Below, in pieces: positions 12,885 to 27,289 of a DNA stretch of 64,000 bases (position 1 is its first letter; each line of letters begins with the position of its first letter). Below the pieces are notes generated by a model. The model saw only the letters and a program-made list of their open reading frames with translations, was not told the DNA's origin and searched no databases. The DNA comes from Mobula hypostoma (lineage: Eukaryota): NCBI RefSeq assembly GCF_963921235.1, contig NC_086108.1, forward strand, positions 22,692,001-22,756,000, read 5' to 3'. Made by a program: the position numbers and the translations under genes.

Positions 12885-13525
12885 ATTGTTATACAGAGTG
12901 ATCGTGGGGTCCAAATCCACGATTCTTTGAAACTGGCAACATGACTGGGTAGGGTGTGTGGCATGCCCTACTTCATTGGTTTGGGCATTGAGTATAGGAG
13001 TCAGGAAGTCATGTTACATCTGTATAAAACTTCGGTTGTGTGAGTATTGTGTGCAATTCAGGTTGCTCATTCTAGAACGGGCACGGATGATTTGGAAAGG
13101 ATGTACAAGAGGTTTAACAGGACGCTGCCTAGCTGAAAGGGTATGAACTGTAAGGAGAGACTGACAAACTTGGGTTGTTTTCTGTGGAGCTTGGAAGACT
13201 TGATAAAGGCTTATAATATAGGCACCGAAAGAATCTTCCTCCCAGGTAGAAATGCTAGCGGGCACGCATTTAAGGTGAGGGGACCAAAGTTTACAAGAGA
13301 AGTGCAGGGCAAGCTTTTTTTTTCCCCACACAGGGGGTACTGGATGTTTGGATCAGTCCCCACAGGTAATGGAAGCAGATACAATAGTGGCATGTAACAG
13401 GCTGTTAGACACATGAACATGTGAGGAATGGCAGAGTATGGATCAAGTACAGGCAGAAGAGATCAGATTTGGCAGAGACATTATGGTCTGAAGGGCCTGT
13501 TTAATTGTGGTACTCTTCCATGTTC
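12885..13525 (+). mobile_element. CR1 LINE 3' fragment inside the FAM163A coding intron
   Basis: EYCVQF and ERLTNLG..SLE remnants plus a CR1-like 3' UTR. Confidence 0.8.
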
Positions 13526-14774
13526 TAAACAGCCCTCTGACTACATCCCAGCCAATCTCTCACCTTGCACTCCAAATAAGTTTCAACATCCTGGACTCTC
13601 TAATCCAGATCTAAATGAGCACCCAGTAATTAAACATCCTTGTATTTGCTGGACTACATTTACAGCTAGGCTAGCTATATCATCATTTAAGTCAGGGATT
13701 CCCAACCTGGGCTCCAGTAAGGGTTGGAACCCTTCAGCCAATTCAAGTTTATTGTTGGAGCACAAGTATACAAGGTGCAGGGACAATGAATGAATATTTG
13801 CAGCAGCATCTGAAGGCTGCATTCCTTCTCTTCCTTCCATGCTTCTGCTCGTTTCACTTTTTCACTGTGATTGTCCTGCAGCCCTCCCAAGTTCTGTGTT
13901 GTCCTCCAACATTGCCTGTGAGGTCTGATTTTCTTCACTTGCTATCCAGTGTGCCTTGGGAGTTTCTTCCCTGTGCTTCTTCACCAAACTCTCCCTTTGA
14001 TAAGGAGTTGCCTATCATCATTTTGCCCAACTCCTTGGTTTCCCCTGCCTTTAATATTTCCCTATGCCATTCCTAGGGACATTATAACTGGTACTCTCCG
14101 AATTCAAAAGGGCCTGCACATATGGCTGAGGATAAAAAAAAAAGAGTCTGGTAAACCTTGATCCCTTTTTGGGCTCCTGACTTTACCTGCAGAAACAGTC
14201 AAATTTGTATTGGGGCTCCTGGCTACAACAGACAATGTTCAACATGGAGGTGACTATTGAGGCATAAGCCATTGTCCTACTGGCTATAAATGCAGCAGAA
14301 GTCTCACACATCTGAAATCAGCTCCAAAATGACAGTAGGCAAGTATCAGCATTGCTTGTGCTTCTACGTCAGATGTTGTGGGTTCACCTCTGGTGTTTCA
14401 GTGCTCAGTCCAGGCTGCTATTCACTTCCTGTGTAGAAATGCACCAGGACTGGCATCCATTGGACTAGCTGTTAACCTCAATCTGAACTCTCAGTTGGAC
14501 ACATTGAAGGAAATCAATGTTATCTTGAAAAGGAGTCCTGACAACATCTCCAGACCAATATCACTATAAGAGGGGTTATTTGCTGTTTGAGGAAGTATGC
14601 AGAATGGCTGCCTAATTATCTTCCTACAGTAAAACACTGGCTACTGGCACTGCTCAGTTTGTGAAATATACACAAGGAGGGCAGGAATTGGATCACTGCT
14701 AATGCAGTCAATTCAATGCTGGCTCATAGATCAATCCAATTCCCATTAATTTTCCCAATGACCTCTCCTCCTCA

Positions 14775-16137
14775 GCTACCCCCAAAGGTGCCAGAGGTAA
14801 GGACAACAAAGAGATGTTCACAGGAAGCAGAGGAACAGCTATGGGACTGCTTCAAGTTGGTTTTCTGGGTGATTTTCAAGGACTCATCAGATGGCTGCCA
14901 TGAACTTTGTAAAGACTCTAGTGAACGAGTGTGTCTCCACAAAATCATTTAGAATCTTCCCCCTACTAAAAGCAAAACATTCACAATTTGCCGAGGGTAA
15001 GATTGATGGCATTTAGGACAAGCTTTTCAGAAGAGTACAGAGATCCAGGCATGAAACCTGGGGATGCCATCTCATGCGCAGAGTGGTAGTTCAGGACTAA
15101 ACTTGAACCAATGCTCAACTACTGCCTTAATGCCTATCATCCAGCAGCACTTACATCCACTGTGATGAAGTGCCTCAAGAGATTGGCCATGAAGCGTATC
15201 CTCTCCTGCCTGAAGAATGACCTGGAATCCATATTAACTGATTGTTTGGCTGACTACAGCTCCAATGCACTATTTAAGTTTACTGACGAAAGCGCTGTTG
15301 TTGGCCGAATCAAAGGTGGTGACAAATCGCCATATAGGAGGGAGTTTGAATATTTGTTTGAGTGGTGCCACAATAGCCTCTCACTCAACATCAGCAAAAC
15401 CAAAGAACTGATTTTTGAGTACAGGACGAAGATGCTGGAGGTCCGTGAGTCATGAGGAGAGGTCAGTAGTTTCAAATTCTTTGGTATTAACATAGCAGAG
15501 GATCTCTCCTGGGACCAGCAGATAAGTGCCATCAGAAAGTAGGCATGAAGGTGCCTCCACTTCCTTAAAAGTTTGTGTGGATTTGGCATGTCACCAAAAG
15601 CTTTGAGAAACTTCTGTGGATGCATAGTGGAGAATATCACAGCCTTGTATGGAAACACCAAAGTCCAGGAATGGAAAGGCTAGAGAAGGTGGTGGATACA
15701 GCCCAGTCTATCACAGGCAAAGCCCTCCCCAATATTATGTTTGCAGGGAGTGCTACCACAAGAAAGTAGCATCCATCATCAAAGATCTCCACCATCCAGA
15801 ACATGCTCACTTCTCATTATTACCACCAGGCAGGAGGTATAGAAGCCTAAGGTCCCACACCACCAGTTTCAGTAACAGCTATTACTCTGCAACCATCAGG
15901 GTTTTAAACTGGTTTTGACTAACTTTCAAAGACTCTTTACAACTCGTGTTCTCAGTGTTATTTTTATTTATACAATTTCTCTTCTTTTGCCAACTGGCCG
16001 TCTGTTAGTCTTTGCTTATATATAATGTTTCATAAAATTCTATTATATTTCCTTTTTCCCGTAATGCCTGCAAGAAAATGAATCTCAAGGTAGTATATAG
16101 TTACACATACATCTTTTGATATATATGCACTTTGAAT
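14775..16137 (+). mobile_element. Rex/Babar-type LINE, internally deleted
   Basis: ALTSTVMKCLKRL, FKFTDESAVVGRI and LSLNISKTKELI remnants; ends in an actttgaa tail. Confidence 0.85.
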
Positions 16138-16154
16138 TCCACTGCTTATGCTCT

Positions 16155-16340
16155 AGGGGCAATTAATCAACCAATTAACCTACCAGCTTGCATGTTTTTA
16201 GGATGTGGAAGGAATTGAGTGTCCAGGGGCAACCTACATGGTCACTAGGAGAACATGCAAACTCCATAATAGACAACACCAGAAGTCAGGATTTAACCTA
16301 GGTCACTGGAGCCTTGAGGCAACAGCTTGACTAACTGTGC
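16155..16340 (-). mobile_element. tRNA-derived SINE (V-SINE/HE1-like)
   Basis: Minus-strand tRNA-like head plus a central domain shared with the other copies. Confidence 0.65.
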
Positions 16341-16479
16341 CATAGTCCTGTTTCAAACATAAAGATAATCTAGCCAGCAGCCAGAAAGGAATGTGTTACA
16401 AAGCAATGTTCCATAATTCAGAAACTCTTAAATGTATTTGCATTTTGTCTCTCCAGCCCTCAGTTAGTGACACGTACTA

Positions 16480-16593
<114 letters not shown>

Positions 16594-16992
16594 TCAAACC
16601 CTAGAAAAGCAAAGGGAAGACATGGTGAGATTGGAAGGAGTAGACGGGGTGTAGGTATATAATTTGGTAGTGGGGAAGAGGGAAGGCCAACCTCATTCTA
16701 AAGATAGATTTACATATGTCTTCCTTTCAACAGCACCTCCCAAACCCACAAGTTCTACCCCCAAGCAGCTAAAAGGCACATGGGAACCCCAGGATTTCCT
16801 AATCCTGAGATGGAAATATATTGGAATTCCTTCATTAACACAGTATGTGAACACTGGGATGCCCTCCCACACATTGTAGGGATATCTTCACCAGAAGGAC
16901 TGGACTGTTCTGAGATAGCAACTTGGCACAACTTTCTCAAGAGCCACTAGGGACAGGTGACAAAAGCTGGCGATAAGAGTTATAAGATGGAG

Positions 16993-17100
16993 GACACAAG
17001 AGATTCTGTTGATGCTGGAAATCTTGACTAATACACACCAGATGCTGGAGGAACTCCGCAAGTCAGGCAGCATCAATGGTGGGATGAACAGTCATTGTTT
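16993..17100 (-). mobile_element. Penelope-type pseudo-LTR fragment
   Basis: gatgctggaggaactccgcaagtcaggcagcatc; appears to resume at ~17425-17448, after the SINE. Confidence 0.65.
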
Positions 17101-17109
17101 GATTCTTTT

Positions 17110-17397
17110 ATTGATTGAAATATAACGTGGAATAGGGCCTTCCGGCCCTTTGAGCCCCACTGCACAGCAATATCCTGATTTAATCCTAGTCTAATCATGG
17201 CGCAATTTACACTGACCAACTAACCTACCAAATGGTACGTCTTTGGATTGTGGGAGGAAACCAGAGCAATCAAAGAAATCAGAGCAATCAAAGTGGCCAT
17301 GGGAAGAAGGTACCCACTCCTTATGGACAGTGGCGGGAATTGAACCTGGGTCGCTGATGCTGTAAAATGTTGTACTAATGACTATGCTACCATGCCA
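17110..17397 (-). mobile_element. tRNA-derived SINE (V-SINE/HE1-like)
   Basis: Minus strand begins ggcatggtagcatagtc (A box) ... GGTTCAATTCC (B box); CR1-like 3' tail. Confidence 0.85.
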
Positions 17398-17460
17398 CTG
17401 AGATTTTTGCCACTGGGGTGATGAGTTTTGGACCGGGACTCTCCGTCAAACACTTGCAGT

Positions 17461-17990
17461 CAAGATGGCGCTGACCTGCAATGTTTGTCAACGTCATGGC
17501 TCAGACTTAGCTGTCTTTTATAGGTCCATAACGATGGTTTTTGGGACAGTGCAGGGAATTAGGGGTCAGGTTAGGGTTTAGGGACAGTGATGAGGGAGAG
17601 TTAGAGGTCAGGGGCTGTAAATAAATAGTTAGGGCCAGGAGCTGGAAGTTGGAATCCAGGTCAGAGTGCTCTGGGGTCAAAGGCTAGTGATCTCTAAGAA
17701 TGGAGGTTGGGTACGCAGGTACTGAAGATGAAGACCTGTGATCCTTTAGGTCAAGGACTGTGGTTGACTGGCTCATAGGACAAGAGCCAGTGATCTTTGG
17801 TGCTGTTTGGAGGGGCTAAGGAGGTTTTTGTTTTGCTGTTGTTGTGTCTATCCAGTATGCTGGCTGTGTGTTGTTTGCTGACTATTTTGGGCATGCTATG
17901 TTGGCGCCACTTGCGGGCTGCCCTCAGCACATCCGTAGACTGCGGGGTGGGTTGTTAACACAAACAATACATTTCATTGCACGTTCAGTG
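17461..17990 (+). repeat. Unclassified interspersed repeat beginning CAAGATGGCG
   Basis: Collinear similarity with 32896-33685. Confidence 0.6.
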
Positions 17991-18044
17991 TCACTCTTGG
18001 GACTGTCACTCTTGGGTAGGTGGGACTGTAAATTTAGTCATTTC

Positions 18045-18440
18045 CATCATGGATACTAGCCTCCATAGTATCCAAGACATCTTCAAGGAGCGATGCCTCA
18101 AAAAGGCAGTGTCCATCATTAATGACCTCCATTACCCAGGTCATGCCTTGCTCTCTTTGCTACTGTCAGGAAGGAGGTACAGAAGCCTGAAGGCACACAC
18201 TCAATGATTCAGGAACAGCTTCTTCCCCTCGGCCATCCGATTTCTGAATGGACACTGAAGCCAACAACACCACCTCACAACTTTTTTTTATTTCTATTTT
18301 TTCTCTACTTATTTAATTTAACTATTTAATATATATACTTAATGTAATTCACAGATTTTTCTATTATTATGTATTGCATTGTTGCAAAGGCAACAAATTT
18401 CATGACATATGCCAGTGATATTAAAGCTGTTGCTAATTCT
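18045..18440 (+). mobile_element. Rex/Babar-type LINE 3' end
   Basis: SIQDIFKERCLKKAVSII..HPGHALLSLLLSGRRYRSL-type C-terminus. Confidence 0.85.
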
Positions 18441-18849
18441 GATGGGATCGAGGATCAGTCAAGATCATATTGAATGGTGGAGCAACTCTAGGGGCCAAAT
18501 AGCTTTTTTCAATATTTCTCTCCCTACTTCAATGCACAAAGGACTCCTCCTCGGTATCCCTCAATCTATGACCGTGGAACTGATTATCAGATATTGCCAC
18601 ATTAATGTTTCTGGATCTGACAATTCAGGAAGTGTTGCTGCAATTTAAATGACTTAATTGGCTCTGAAGAGCTTCAGTTCATCTTGAGATTGTAAAAGTG
18701 CTACAAAAATGCAATTTTATTAACACCAAGTTTTCTTCTCTGCTATTCTTATGTTAAATAAAACCATCCACTAATTTTATTTAATACCAAGTATCCTTCA
18801 CTAATGGATGTGGGCACGGTTGAAGAATTATTTATTCCTTCTTTCCTAA

Positions 18850-19140
18850 TTTATACACTGCTGGCCACCATGTTACAGGAGAGATGTGGATGCACTGGAG
18901 GGAGTACAGAGGACATTGACAAGGATGTGGCCGGAATTGGAGAATTGTAGTTGTGAGGAGAGATAGTATAAGCTGGGGTTAAAAAGAACAGGAAGACTGA
19001 GGGCTGACCTAATGAAAATGTATGAAAGCAATGATGAGCCTGGATAATGCAAGTCCCGAAGGAAAGGGGTGACAGGGGAAATGGGAAATATAAAGTGATT
19101 GGTAGAAGAGTCAGAGAGGCGATGTTTTCACCCAGAAGAG
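18850..19140 (+). mobile_element. Old CR1 fragment
   Basis: Degenerate ALEGVQRTLTRM / RRLRADL segment. Confidence 0.65.
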
Positions 19141-19147
19141 GGAAGGA

Positions 19148-21295
19148 ATAAGACCATAAGACATAGGAGCAGAATTAGGCCATTCAGCCCATTGAGCCTG
19201 CTCCACCATTCCATCATGGCTGATCCCAGATCCCACTCAACCCCATACACCTGCTTTCTCGCCATATCGTTTGATACCCTGACCAATCAGGAAACAATCA
19301 AATTCCACCTTAAATATAGGCATGGAATTGGCCTCCACCACAGTCTGTGGCAGAGCATTCCACAGTTTTACTACCTTCTGGCTAAAAAAAAATTCCTTCT
19401 TACCTCTATTCTAAAGGGTCGCCCCTCAATTTTGAGGCTGTTCCCTCTAACTCTGGATACCTCTGCCATAGGAAACATCCTCTCCACACCCACCCTATCT
19501 AGTCCTTTCAACATTTGGTGGGTTTCAATGAGATCCCTACGCAACCTCCTCTGGATTCCCTTCAATGACAACACATCCTTTTTGAGATATGGGGCCCAAA
19601 ACTATTGACAGTACTCTAAGTGTAGCCTGACCAGTGTCTTATAAAGGCTTAGAATTATCTCCTTGCTTTTATATTCCATTCCCCTTAAAATAAATGGCAA
19701 CATTGCATTTGCCTTCTTTACCATAGACACAACCTATAAATTAACCTTCTGGGAGTCTTGCATGAGGACTGCTAAGTCCCTCTGCACCTCTGAAATTTGA
19801 ACCTCCTCCCCATTTAGATGATAGTCCACACTATTATTCCTTTTACCAAAATGCATTATCATACAATTTCCAACACTGTATTCCATCTGCCACATTTTTG
19901 TCCATACTTCTAATTTGTCTAAATCCTGCTGCAATCGCATTGCTTCCTCAGCACTATCTACCCCTCCACCTATCTCTGTATCATCCGCAAACTTTGCCAT
20001 AAAGCCATCAATTCCATTATCGAAATCATTGACAAACAATGTGAGAAGAAGCGGTCCCAATATTGACCCCTGCAGAACACTACTAGTCACTGGCAGCCAA
20101 TCAGAAAAGGCTCCTTTTATTCCCACTCGCTACCTCCTGCCTGACAGCCTTTCCACTATCCATGCCAGTATCCTTCCTGTAATGCCATGGGACTTTATCT
20201 TGTTAAGCAGCCTCATGTATGGTACCTTATCAAATGTCTTTTGAAAACCCAGGTAAATGACATACACTGCCTCTCCTTTGTCCACCCTACTTGTTACTTC
20301 CTCGAAGAACTCTAACAGATTTGTCAGGCAAGATTTCCCTTTACAGAAACCATGCTGACTTCGACTTATTTTATCTGTAGTTTCCAATTACCTCGAAACC
20401 TCATCTTAATAATAGACTCTGACACTTTCCCAGCCTCTGAGGTTAGGGTAACTGGTCTATAATTTCCTTTCTTTTGCCTTTCTCCCCTCTTAAAGAGTGG
20501 AGATACATTTTCAATCTTTCATCTCTCTGGTACTATGGCAGAGTCAGGTGATTCTTAAAAGATCATGATCAAATCATCCATTATCCCTTTAGCAACCTCT
20601 CTCAGGACTCTGGGATGTAGTCCATCTGGCCCAGGTGACTTATCCACCTTCAACCTTTGAGTTCGCCTAGAACTTTTCATTTGTAATAGCAATGTCACTC
20701 ACTCCTGCTCCCTGACACTCACAGACCTCTGGCACACTGCTTGTGTCTTCTACAGTGAAAACTGATGCAAAGTACTCATTAAGTTCATCTGCCATTTCGT
20801 TGTTCCCCATTTACTACCTCACCAGCATAATTTTCCAGTAGTCCAATATCAACTCTCACCTTTCTTTCACTCTTTATATAACTATAAAAATTCTTAGAAA
20901 TGCTTTATATTACTGGCTAGTTTGCCCTCATATTTCATCTTTTTCCTTCTTATAGATTTTAAAAGCTTCCCAATCATCCAACTCCCAGTCACTTTTGCTA
21001 CCTTATATTCCCTTTCCTTGGCTTTTATGCAGTCCTTAACTTCCTTTGTCAGCCACAGTTGCCTACCCATGACACTTGAGAACTTCTTCCTCTGTGAGAC
21101 CTATCTATTCTGCGCCTTGTGAACTATTCCCAGAAACTTCAGCCATTCTCTGCTCTGCCGTCATCCCCGCCAGTATCCTCTGCCAATCCACCTGGGCAAG
21201 CTCCTCTCTCGTGCCTCTGTAATTCCCTTTATTCCATTGTGATACTTTACTCCATGTGACTTATGTTTCTCCCTCTCATCTGGACCTGGAACTCA
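19148..21295 (-). mobile_element. CR1 LINE, 5'-truncated (~2.1 kb)
   Basis: SQHGFCKGKSCLTNLLEFFEEVT, KFADDT and RRLRRDLIE on the minus strand; (tcttatgg)-type tail near 19150. Confidence 0.93.
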
Positions 21296-21381
21296 ATGGC
21301 TGGAAGGATGGTGGTGGCAGCAACCCTTCTCAATTTTAGCTGTACTTGGATATGAATTGGAAGCGGCATTAAGCTGAACAA

Positions 21382-21536
21382 CACACAACATCTTTGGAAA
21401 AGAGAACAGTCGATGTTTTGGGCCGAGACCCTTTGGCAGTCCATAGATGCTGCCTGGCCTGCTGAATTCCTCCTGCATGTTGTGTGTGTTGCTTGGATTT
21501 CCAGCATCTGCAGATTTTCCCTTGTTTTTGTTTCAG
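21382..21536. mobile_element. Short inverted Penelope-type pseudo-LTR element
   Basis: Same family as 6067-6350. 9-bp TSD GCTGAACAA at 21373-21381 and 21537-21545. Confidence 0.7.
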
Positions 21537-22371
21537 GCTGAACAATTGTTTCTGGACCAGCATATACCACGATGGGCTGAATGACATCATTCACTGTTGT
21601 AATTTATTTTATAAATCTATGATTTTACACTGCCATAATTTTGGAGAGTGAAGAAAAGGATGATTTCAATTGTTTGGTTGGGAACTCAGTGTCTGCCAAT
21701 TGATGTGCTGTTGTCAATTCTGTTCGCTGAACTCCGCAGTACCACAGAGTACCTCATGGTGGCGGTATAGGTGGCAGTTTGAGAGCCAGGCCTTACAAAG
21801 CCTCTGTTCATGTGTAGGATCTCTTCTGATTAAAAACGCAACATCGTCAGAAATTTGAAATCTTGGATTGCTCTCCAGAAATTCAAAATACAAACAAAAA
21901 AATCACTTCACTTCTGCGGTAATGCAAGAACAGTTGAAATTATGTAACACTAATGCATAAATAATATTAAACTCATGCTTTGGCCGTTTGTGGTATGCAT
22001 TGACGCAGCTAGTCGCCTTTTACCAAGTACCCATCCAACTTTCTATGGTGACTGAATCTGCCAGAAGAATGATTTTTACCTTCTCCGTCAAAATCTCTCA
22101 TTTTTACAGCCTCTCTAATGTCACCTCATAAACTACGACTTGAAGAAAACAGGCTTAACCTTCATCTGTTCACCTCATTCCAGGTAAAATCCTCCACACT
22201 TTTAGAGGCATTTAAATTTTATGTGAAATTGTTACCCAGACTTGTCCTCGATATTCCAGCTCAGGGCCAGCTAGCTATTTCTAAAATTCTAACACCATCT
22301 CTTTGGTTGGTGGTCTGTTCTGTTTATAAACCAGAGTAACTCAGATACTACTGCTTCATAAATTTGAAGTA

Positions 22372-22875
22372 CCGTACTGTGCAAAATTCTTAGGCGCAAA
22401 TTTATAGCTAGGTTGCCTAAGACTTTTGCACAGGGCTGTAGAAAATGTTAATGTATTGCACCATACTACTGCTCCTGCAAAAAAACCCCGAATTTCATGA
22501 CATATGTGAGTGATGATAAACCTGATTCTGATGTGGGTCTCTGTTGTAGACTGAGAGTGGGAAGGGGGGCAGGGAGAAGAAATCATGGGTGGGGAAAAGG
22601 GATAGGGATAAGGAGCGGTAGGGAAGAACGACAAGCATCAAGACACATTATATAATGATCAATAAACCAATTGTTTAGAATCAAATGACCTTGCCTGGTG
22701 TCTCAAAGCTGGGCATGTCTGCACTCATGACTCTCCCCCCACCCCCACCGCCCTGGCACTCCTTCTCTGTCACCCTCCCGCGATGCTCCACCTTCGCCAT
22801 TCCCAACATCCTTTGCTCCCACCAGATTTAGAAACTTGCTCTCTGCTCCACATTGACAAAAGTCCAGAATACCTT
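22372..22875 (-). mobile_element. Composite non-autonomous element with Tc1-like hairpin end (copy 1)
   Basis: TA-flanked palindrome 22372-22438; the body is the reverse complement of 27330-27740. Confidence 0.7.
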
Positions 22876-24224
22876 GCAACAAATCAGTCTGCAAACTAGC
22901 CTATCACATGAAAACTGTGAGTCAGAGTAAAAAAAACCTTTCACTGGTCCGGTATTTTTCAACCTTCAGATCCTTCCCCTGCTGCCTCTTAAGTAACTGA
23001 TGTTCTAGTTGACATGGAGGGTTTAGTGTCTCACTGTTTTCTCCTGTCACTTCTAATACAAAGGCTTTCTCAAATGTGCCTGTTTTTCTGCTATCTTTCA
23101 ACAATCTGAAACATCACAGCCTGATTTATCTCGCTTAGAACTTAATATGATTCTGGTTTACTGAAATATAGTTAAAGCTATGCCTCTTCACTCCTCTCTG
23201 ATCATTTGTGGATGTTTTCTAGCCTACTTAGAACATTGTTATTTTTCTTAAAGAGCAAAGTCTTTTGAATTCTTCCACTGCCTCAGTGAATTGCTCCCAT
23301 TTATGAAAATCCTGTTTCTCTTGTTCTTTGGAAAACCATTACCTTAACCATAATGATAATCCCTTACATCACCACTTGCATTTATTTATGTTCTTGGATT
23401 CACACAGTCTCTTTTGACCTCAATGCAAAATGTGTTTTGTCATAGAGGGATCCTCACAGAGTGTATTTCTAATTGATGTTTCCTCTGTGATATTTCCCTT
23501 CTCCAAATTATTGTTTCTGCCTGTGATCTGACAGATCCGACACGCAACTGAGCAGGATATATCTAATGGTCATTTTCTCTTTCACCTCCTCTGCTGTTTT
23601 TCTCCATGCATTTGTTACATATTTAACCTGCACACCTTCCTAAACTGCACGTATGCCATGTTAGGTGCTCTTGCTGCCGGGTTGCAATGCAAACACATCG
23701 AACAAGATCTCAAAGAGTAGTTCGTAGTCTTTCTCCCAACTCTAGATGCTCCCACTCTCAAAATCTAAACTCAGCCTCACCTAATCACAAACCCTTGTTC
23801 AACTTGGTGCTCCCATTAACTCTACCTTTTCTGAACGTGATATCTTTCTTCCTTATTTCTCAAGAGAAAGCAAGGTAGGAGCAAATTAGATACTGGAACT
23901 TTCAGTTGATTTGTTCAATCTTACAATGCATATGGGAACGTTGAGTGCTTTTTAATTTAAAATGCTATCCTAGGTAATGCATGGAGATCCATATATGATA
24001 TACCCTTAGTATTCAAAATCACTGAAATAGTGTTAACATGTAGAGTCATGGAATCATATAGCACATTCAAGAAACTTCATCCCATTCATTACCATCACTC
24101 ACTTACTCCAGTCCTACACTAATCCCATTTTATTCTCTCAACACTCCTGTCAGCAGGTCTGGGATTCTGCATTGACCAGCAACTCTATACTAGCACTAGT
24201 GAGCCATAGAGAGATATAGCTCTC

Positions 24225-24520
24225 AAGGTGGCCCTTTGGCCCACCAACTCTGTGTTGACCAACAGCCACCCATTTTCATTATTCTTACAATAATCCTATT
24301 TATTCTTGCTACATCTACATCAGCTCTCTCCATATTCCACCACTTACCTATGCACAAGGGTGGGGATTTACAACAGCCCACTAACCTACCAATCTGCAAA
24401 TCTTTTGGATGTGTAAGGGAACAGGAACACCCAGGAGAAAACCATGCAGCCACAGAAAGAACGTGCAGCCTCCACACAGACAGCACCAAAGGTCAGGTTT
24501 CAACCCTAACACTTCGCTGC
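24225..24520 (-). mobile_element. SINE (V-SINE/HE1-like)
   Basis: Shared central domain taacctacc..tctttggatgtg..ggaacaggaacaccc. Confidence 0.65.
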
Positions 24521-25619
24521 TGTGCCTACATGATCATTGAAAACGAGAACTGTAGATAGATTTGTCCCCATGTCAATACTTGCTGATGCAGTGCTGCAGC
24601 AAGGGGGCCACCATCATTTGCAGGATGTGGTAAACTAAGACCCTTACAATCTGCTCAGCTGCAGATGAAAGATCCCTCAACACTATTTCAGTGAAGAGTA
24701 GGGAAGTTCGCTCCTGTAGCACACCAAATAGTCATTCCCCAACCTAAAGCACTAAAACAGGTGATCCCTCTATTATCCTGTTATTGGGATCCTGCCATAC
24801 CCAACAAACAGAAGTTCTGACACAATTACCATCCAATTCATTGAAATATCGACCCTTGAGCTGCTTCCACAGATGCTGCCTGACCTACTGAGTTCCTCCA
24901 GCAGTTTGCTTTCTGGCCCACGTTCTAGCAGCTGCAAACTTTTGTGTCTACAACAGATTGGACTTTGTTGTAACTGCAGTCAGCTGGCTCTAAAGTACAT
25001 TGGATGTTCTAGGGTCATGGAAGATGCTAAACAAATGCAAGTATTTCCATCTTCTTTCTATTGTTTACACTCTATCTTTAATAATGCCTGCAGGGCAGAG
25101 ACTTTGAGGCTTTACATGAATATTTTATTTATATTTATGTATTATGATTCATTTGATCCTCTCAACTTGAGAACCAGTGACTCATGCAAGTGTAACTAAT
25201 TGTTTATTTTATGATTGTCTAGTAATACTATTCACCCTGTATTCAACAAAATCAAGGTGCTTCTCTTAAAGTCAATCTCCATTGCCCCAAGGCCTTTAAT
25301 TCATTAAGAATTCATATGAGCACTTCTCACTGTACAACGAATAGTTCCATTTTACAGCATCACTTCAGTTCCCTTTCTGAAGTACCTGAGAAAATCTTAA
25401 TTCAGTGCAATTCCCGGGAAGGCAGAGCCTAAGGTGTATTACTAACCAACTCTGCTGAACACTCGTAGGCATCCAGACCACTGTGTGCCACCTGTTCCTT
25501 AACTACCATCCATAATATCCATAGGCTCCAGATTAGAAGCTTAATATGAAATCAATTGGTGCGGAATTTATTTGCTTTCAGTTTTTGTTTTTCACTTGAA
25601 GTAGACATTATGGTTCAAC

Positions 25620-25845
25620 GAACAACGGGCTGGAAGAATTCAGTGAGTTAAAAGGTGTCAGTCCGGGGGAAGGAACCGTGGATTTCTTGGGTCAAGATCC
25701 TGTATTAGGACTGAGAGTGGAGAGGGGAGACAGCAAATATAAGGAGGAGAGAAGGTGTGGTGAGACATGGGTTGGTAGGTGATAGGTGGACTGCAGAGGA
25801 GTGAGTGATGAGGAGATGGAGCTAGGTGGATGGAGGGGAGTTCAA
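25620..25845 (-). mobile_element. Degenerate Penelope-type pseudo-LTR
   Basis: gctggaagaattcag head followed by a purine-rich body like 51105-51400. Confidence 0.5.
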
Positions 25846-25847
25846 TA

Positions 25848-26175
25848 TAGAACATAGAACAGTACAGCACAGTAACAGGCTCTTCAGCCCACAAAGTTCT
25901 GCTGAACCAACTAAAAAGTAAATTTTAAAAAACCAAAAAGCTAATTCCTCCTACCTACACAATCTCCATATCCCATGTTCCTCACATTCATGTGACTATC
26001 CAAACGTCTCTTAAGAGCTTCTAATTATTTTCCTCCACCACCATACCAGGCAGCGCATTCCAGGCATCAACCACTCTCTGAGTAAAGAATATACCCTCCA
26101 CATCCCCTTTTAACCTACCCCCTCTCAAGTTCAATGCATTCCCAGGTTTCTACCCTGGGAAAAATATACTCTGTC
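25848..26175 (-). mobile_element. CR1 3' end
   Basis: (atagaac)n tail and CR1 3' UTR. Confidence 0.8.
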
Positions 26176-26390
26176 TGGAGATGTCGAGAGAGCTGCTGTT
26201 TCTTCTGGTGAGTTGGAAGGTTCATGATAATTTGGCTACTGCAGAGCAAATGGAGGTTAATTGACAGGAATTCTTTCACTGCTGAATCTAAGGATTAGGG
26301 TAAGGTTGCCTGGAGGACTTGGAGGAGGAACGTGAAGGGAAGCTGGGAGAAGCTGGGAGGGTTGTGTCAACTTCTTGAGGTAATCAAAAC

Positions 26391-26705
26391 TATAGGCTTT
26401 TTCCCAGGGCTGAAATGGCTAACACGAGAGGGCACAGTTTAAGCTGCTTGGAAGTAGGTACAGAGGAGATGTCAGGGGTAAATTTTTTATGCAGAGAGTG
26501 TTGAATGTGTGGAAAGGGCTGCCAGCGACAGTGGTGGTGACGAATACAATAAGGCCTTTTAAGAGACTCTTGGATAGGTACATGGAGCTTAGAAAAATAG
26601 AGGGGTATGGGTAACCCAAGGTAATTTCTGAAGTAAGTACATGTTCGGCACAGCATTGTGGGCCGAAGGGCCTGTATTGTGCTGTAGATTTTCTATGTTT
26701 CTATT
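26391..26705 (+). mobile_element. CR1 3' end
   Basis: Closely matches 54130-54423; ttctatgtttctat tail. Confidence 0.85.
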
Positions 26706-26999
26706 AATGAAAGCAGGGTTTAGATATTGTCTACATGCCCATTAGTAAGACATTTGACAAAGTTCCATATTGCAGGCTTGTTCAGAAGTATAGGGCACAT
26801 TGGATCCAAAATTGGTTTGGTGATTGGAAGCATAATGATGGTGGAAGGTTGCTTTTCTGATTGAAAGTCAGTGTCCCTTGTGCACAGTGGTGTTTGATGT
26901 TGGGACGTTGTGCTTGACATATATGCTAATGACTTAGATGTGAATATAAGATGTACGATTATTCAGTTTGCATATGACATGAAAATTGGTGGTGCTGTT

Positions 27000-27197
27000 C
27001 TCAAAGTCCAACCCTACGTCCCCGTCATGAAAGGTGGAAATGGGCAAGGTCGGCATAGGCCAATCCCCTGTACAGTGCCTGCAAAGAATTGCAGAAGCAT
27101 TGATGAACTCCAGCCATACCATCGACTTCAGAGGACGATAGAGATGGGAGGTCAGTGACGGCCTATGTTCCACTGGGAGCTAAGGGTCTAAGAAAGT
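27000..27197 (+). mobile_element. RTE-like 3' end fragment
   Basis: Ends ...gacggcctatgttccactgggagctaaggg, an RTE-like terminus; interrupts the CR1. Confidence 0.45.
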
Positions 27198-27289
27198 GTG
27201 TAACTTCATACTGAGGAAGTTTATCTAAGGCAATAGATCTGGTGGAATATGATCCCAATAAATGTGAGGAGATGCATTTTTGGAATGTA

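Noticed and set aside
17320..17397. tRNA gene
   Set aside because: SINE head with A/B boxes joined to a SINE body; no cloverleaf evident.
19099..19608. 169-aa plus-strand ORF
   Set aside because: Antisense reading of a CR1 3' end.
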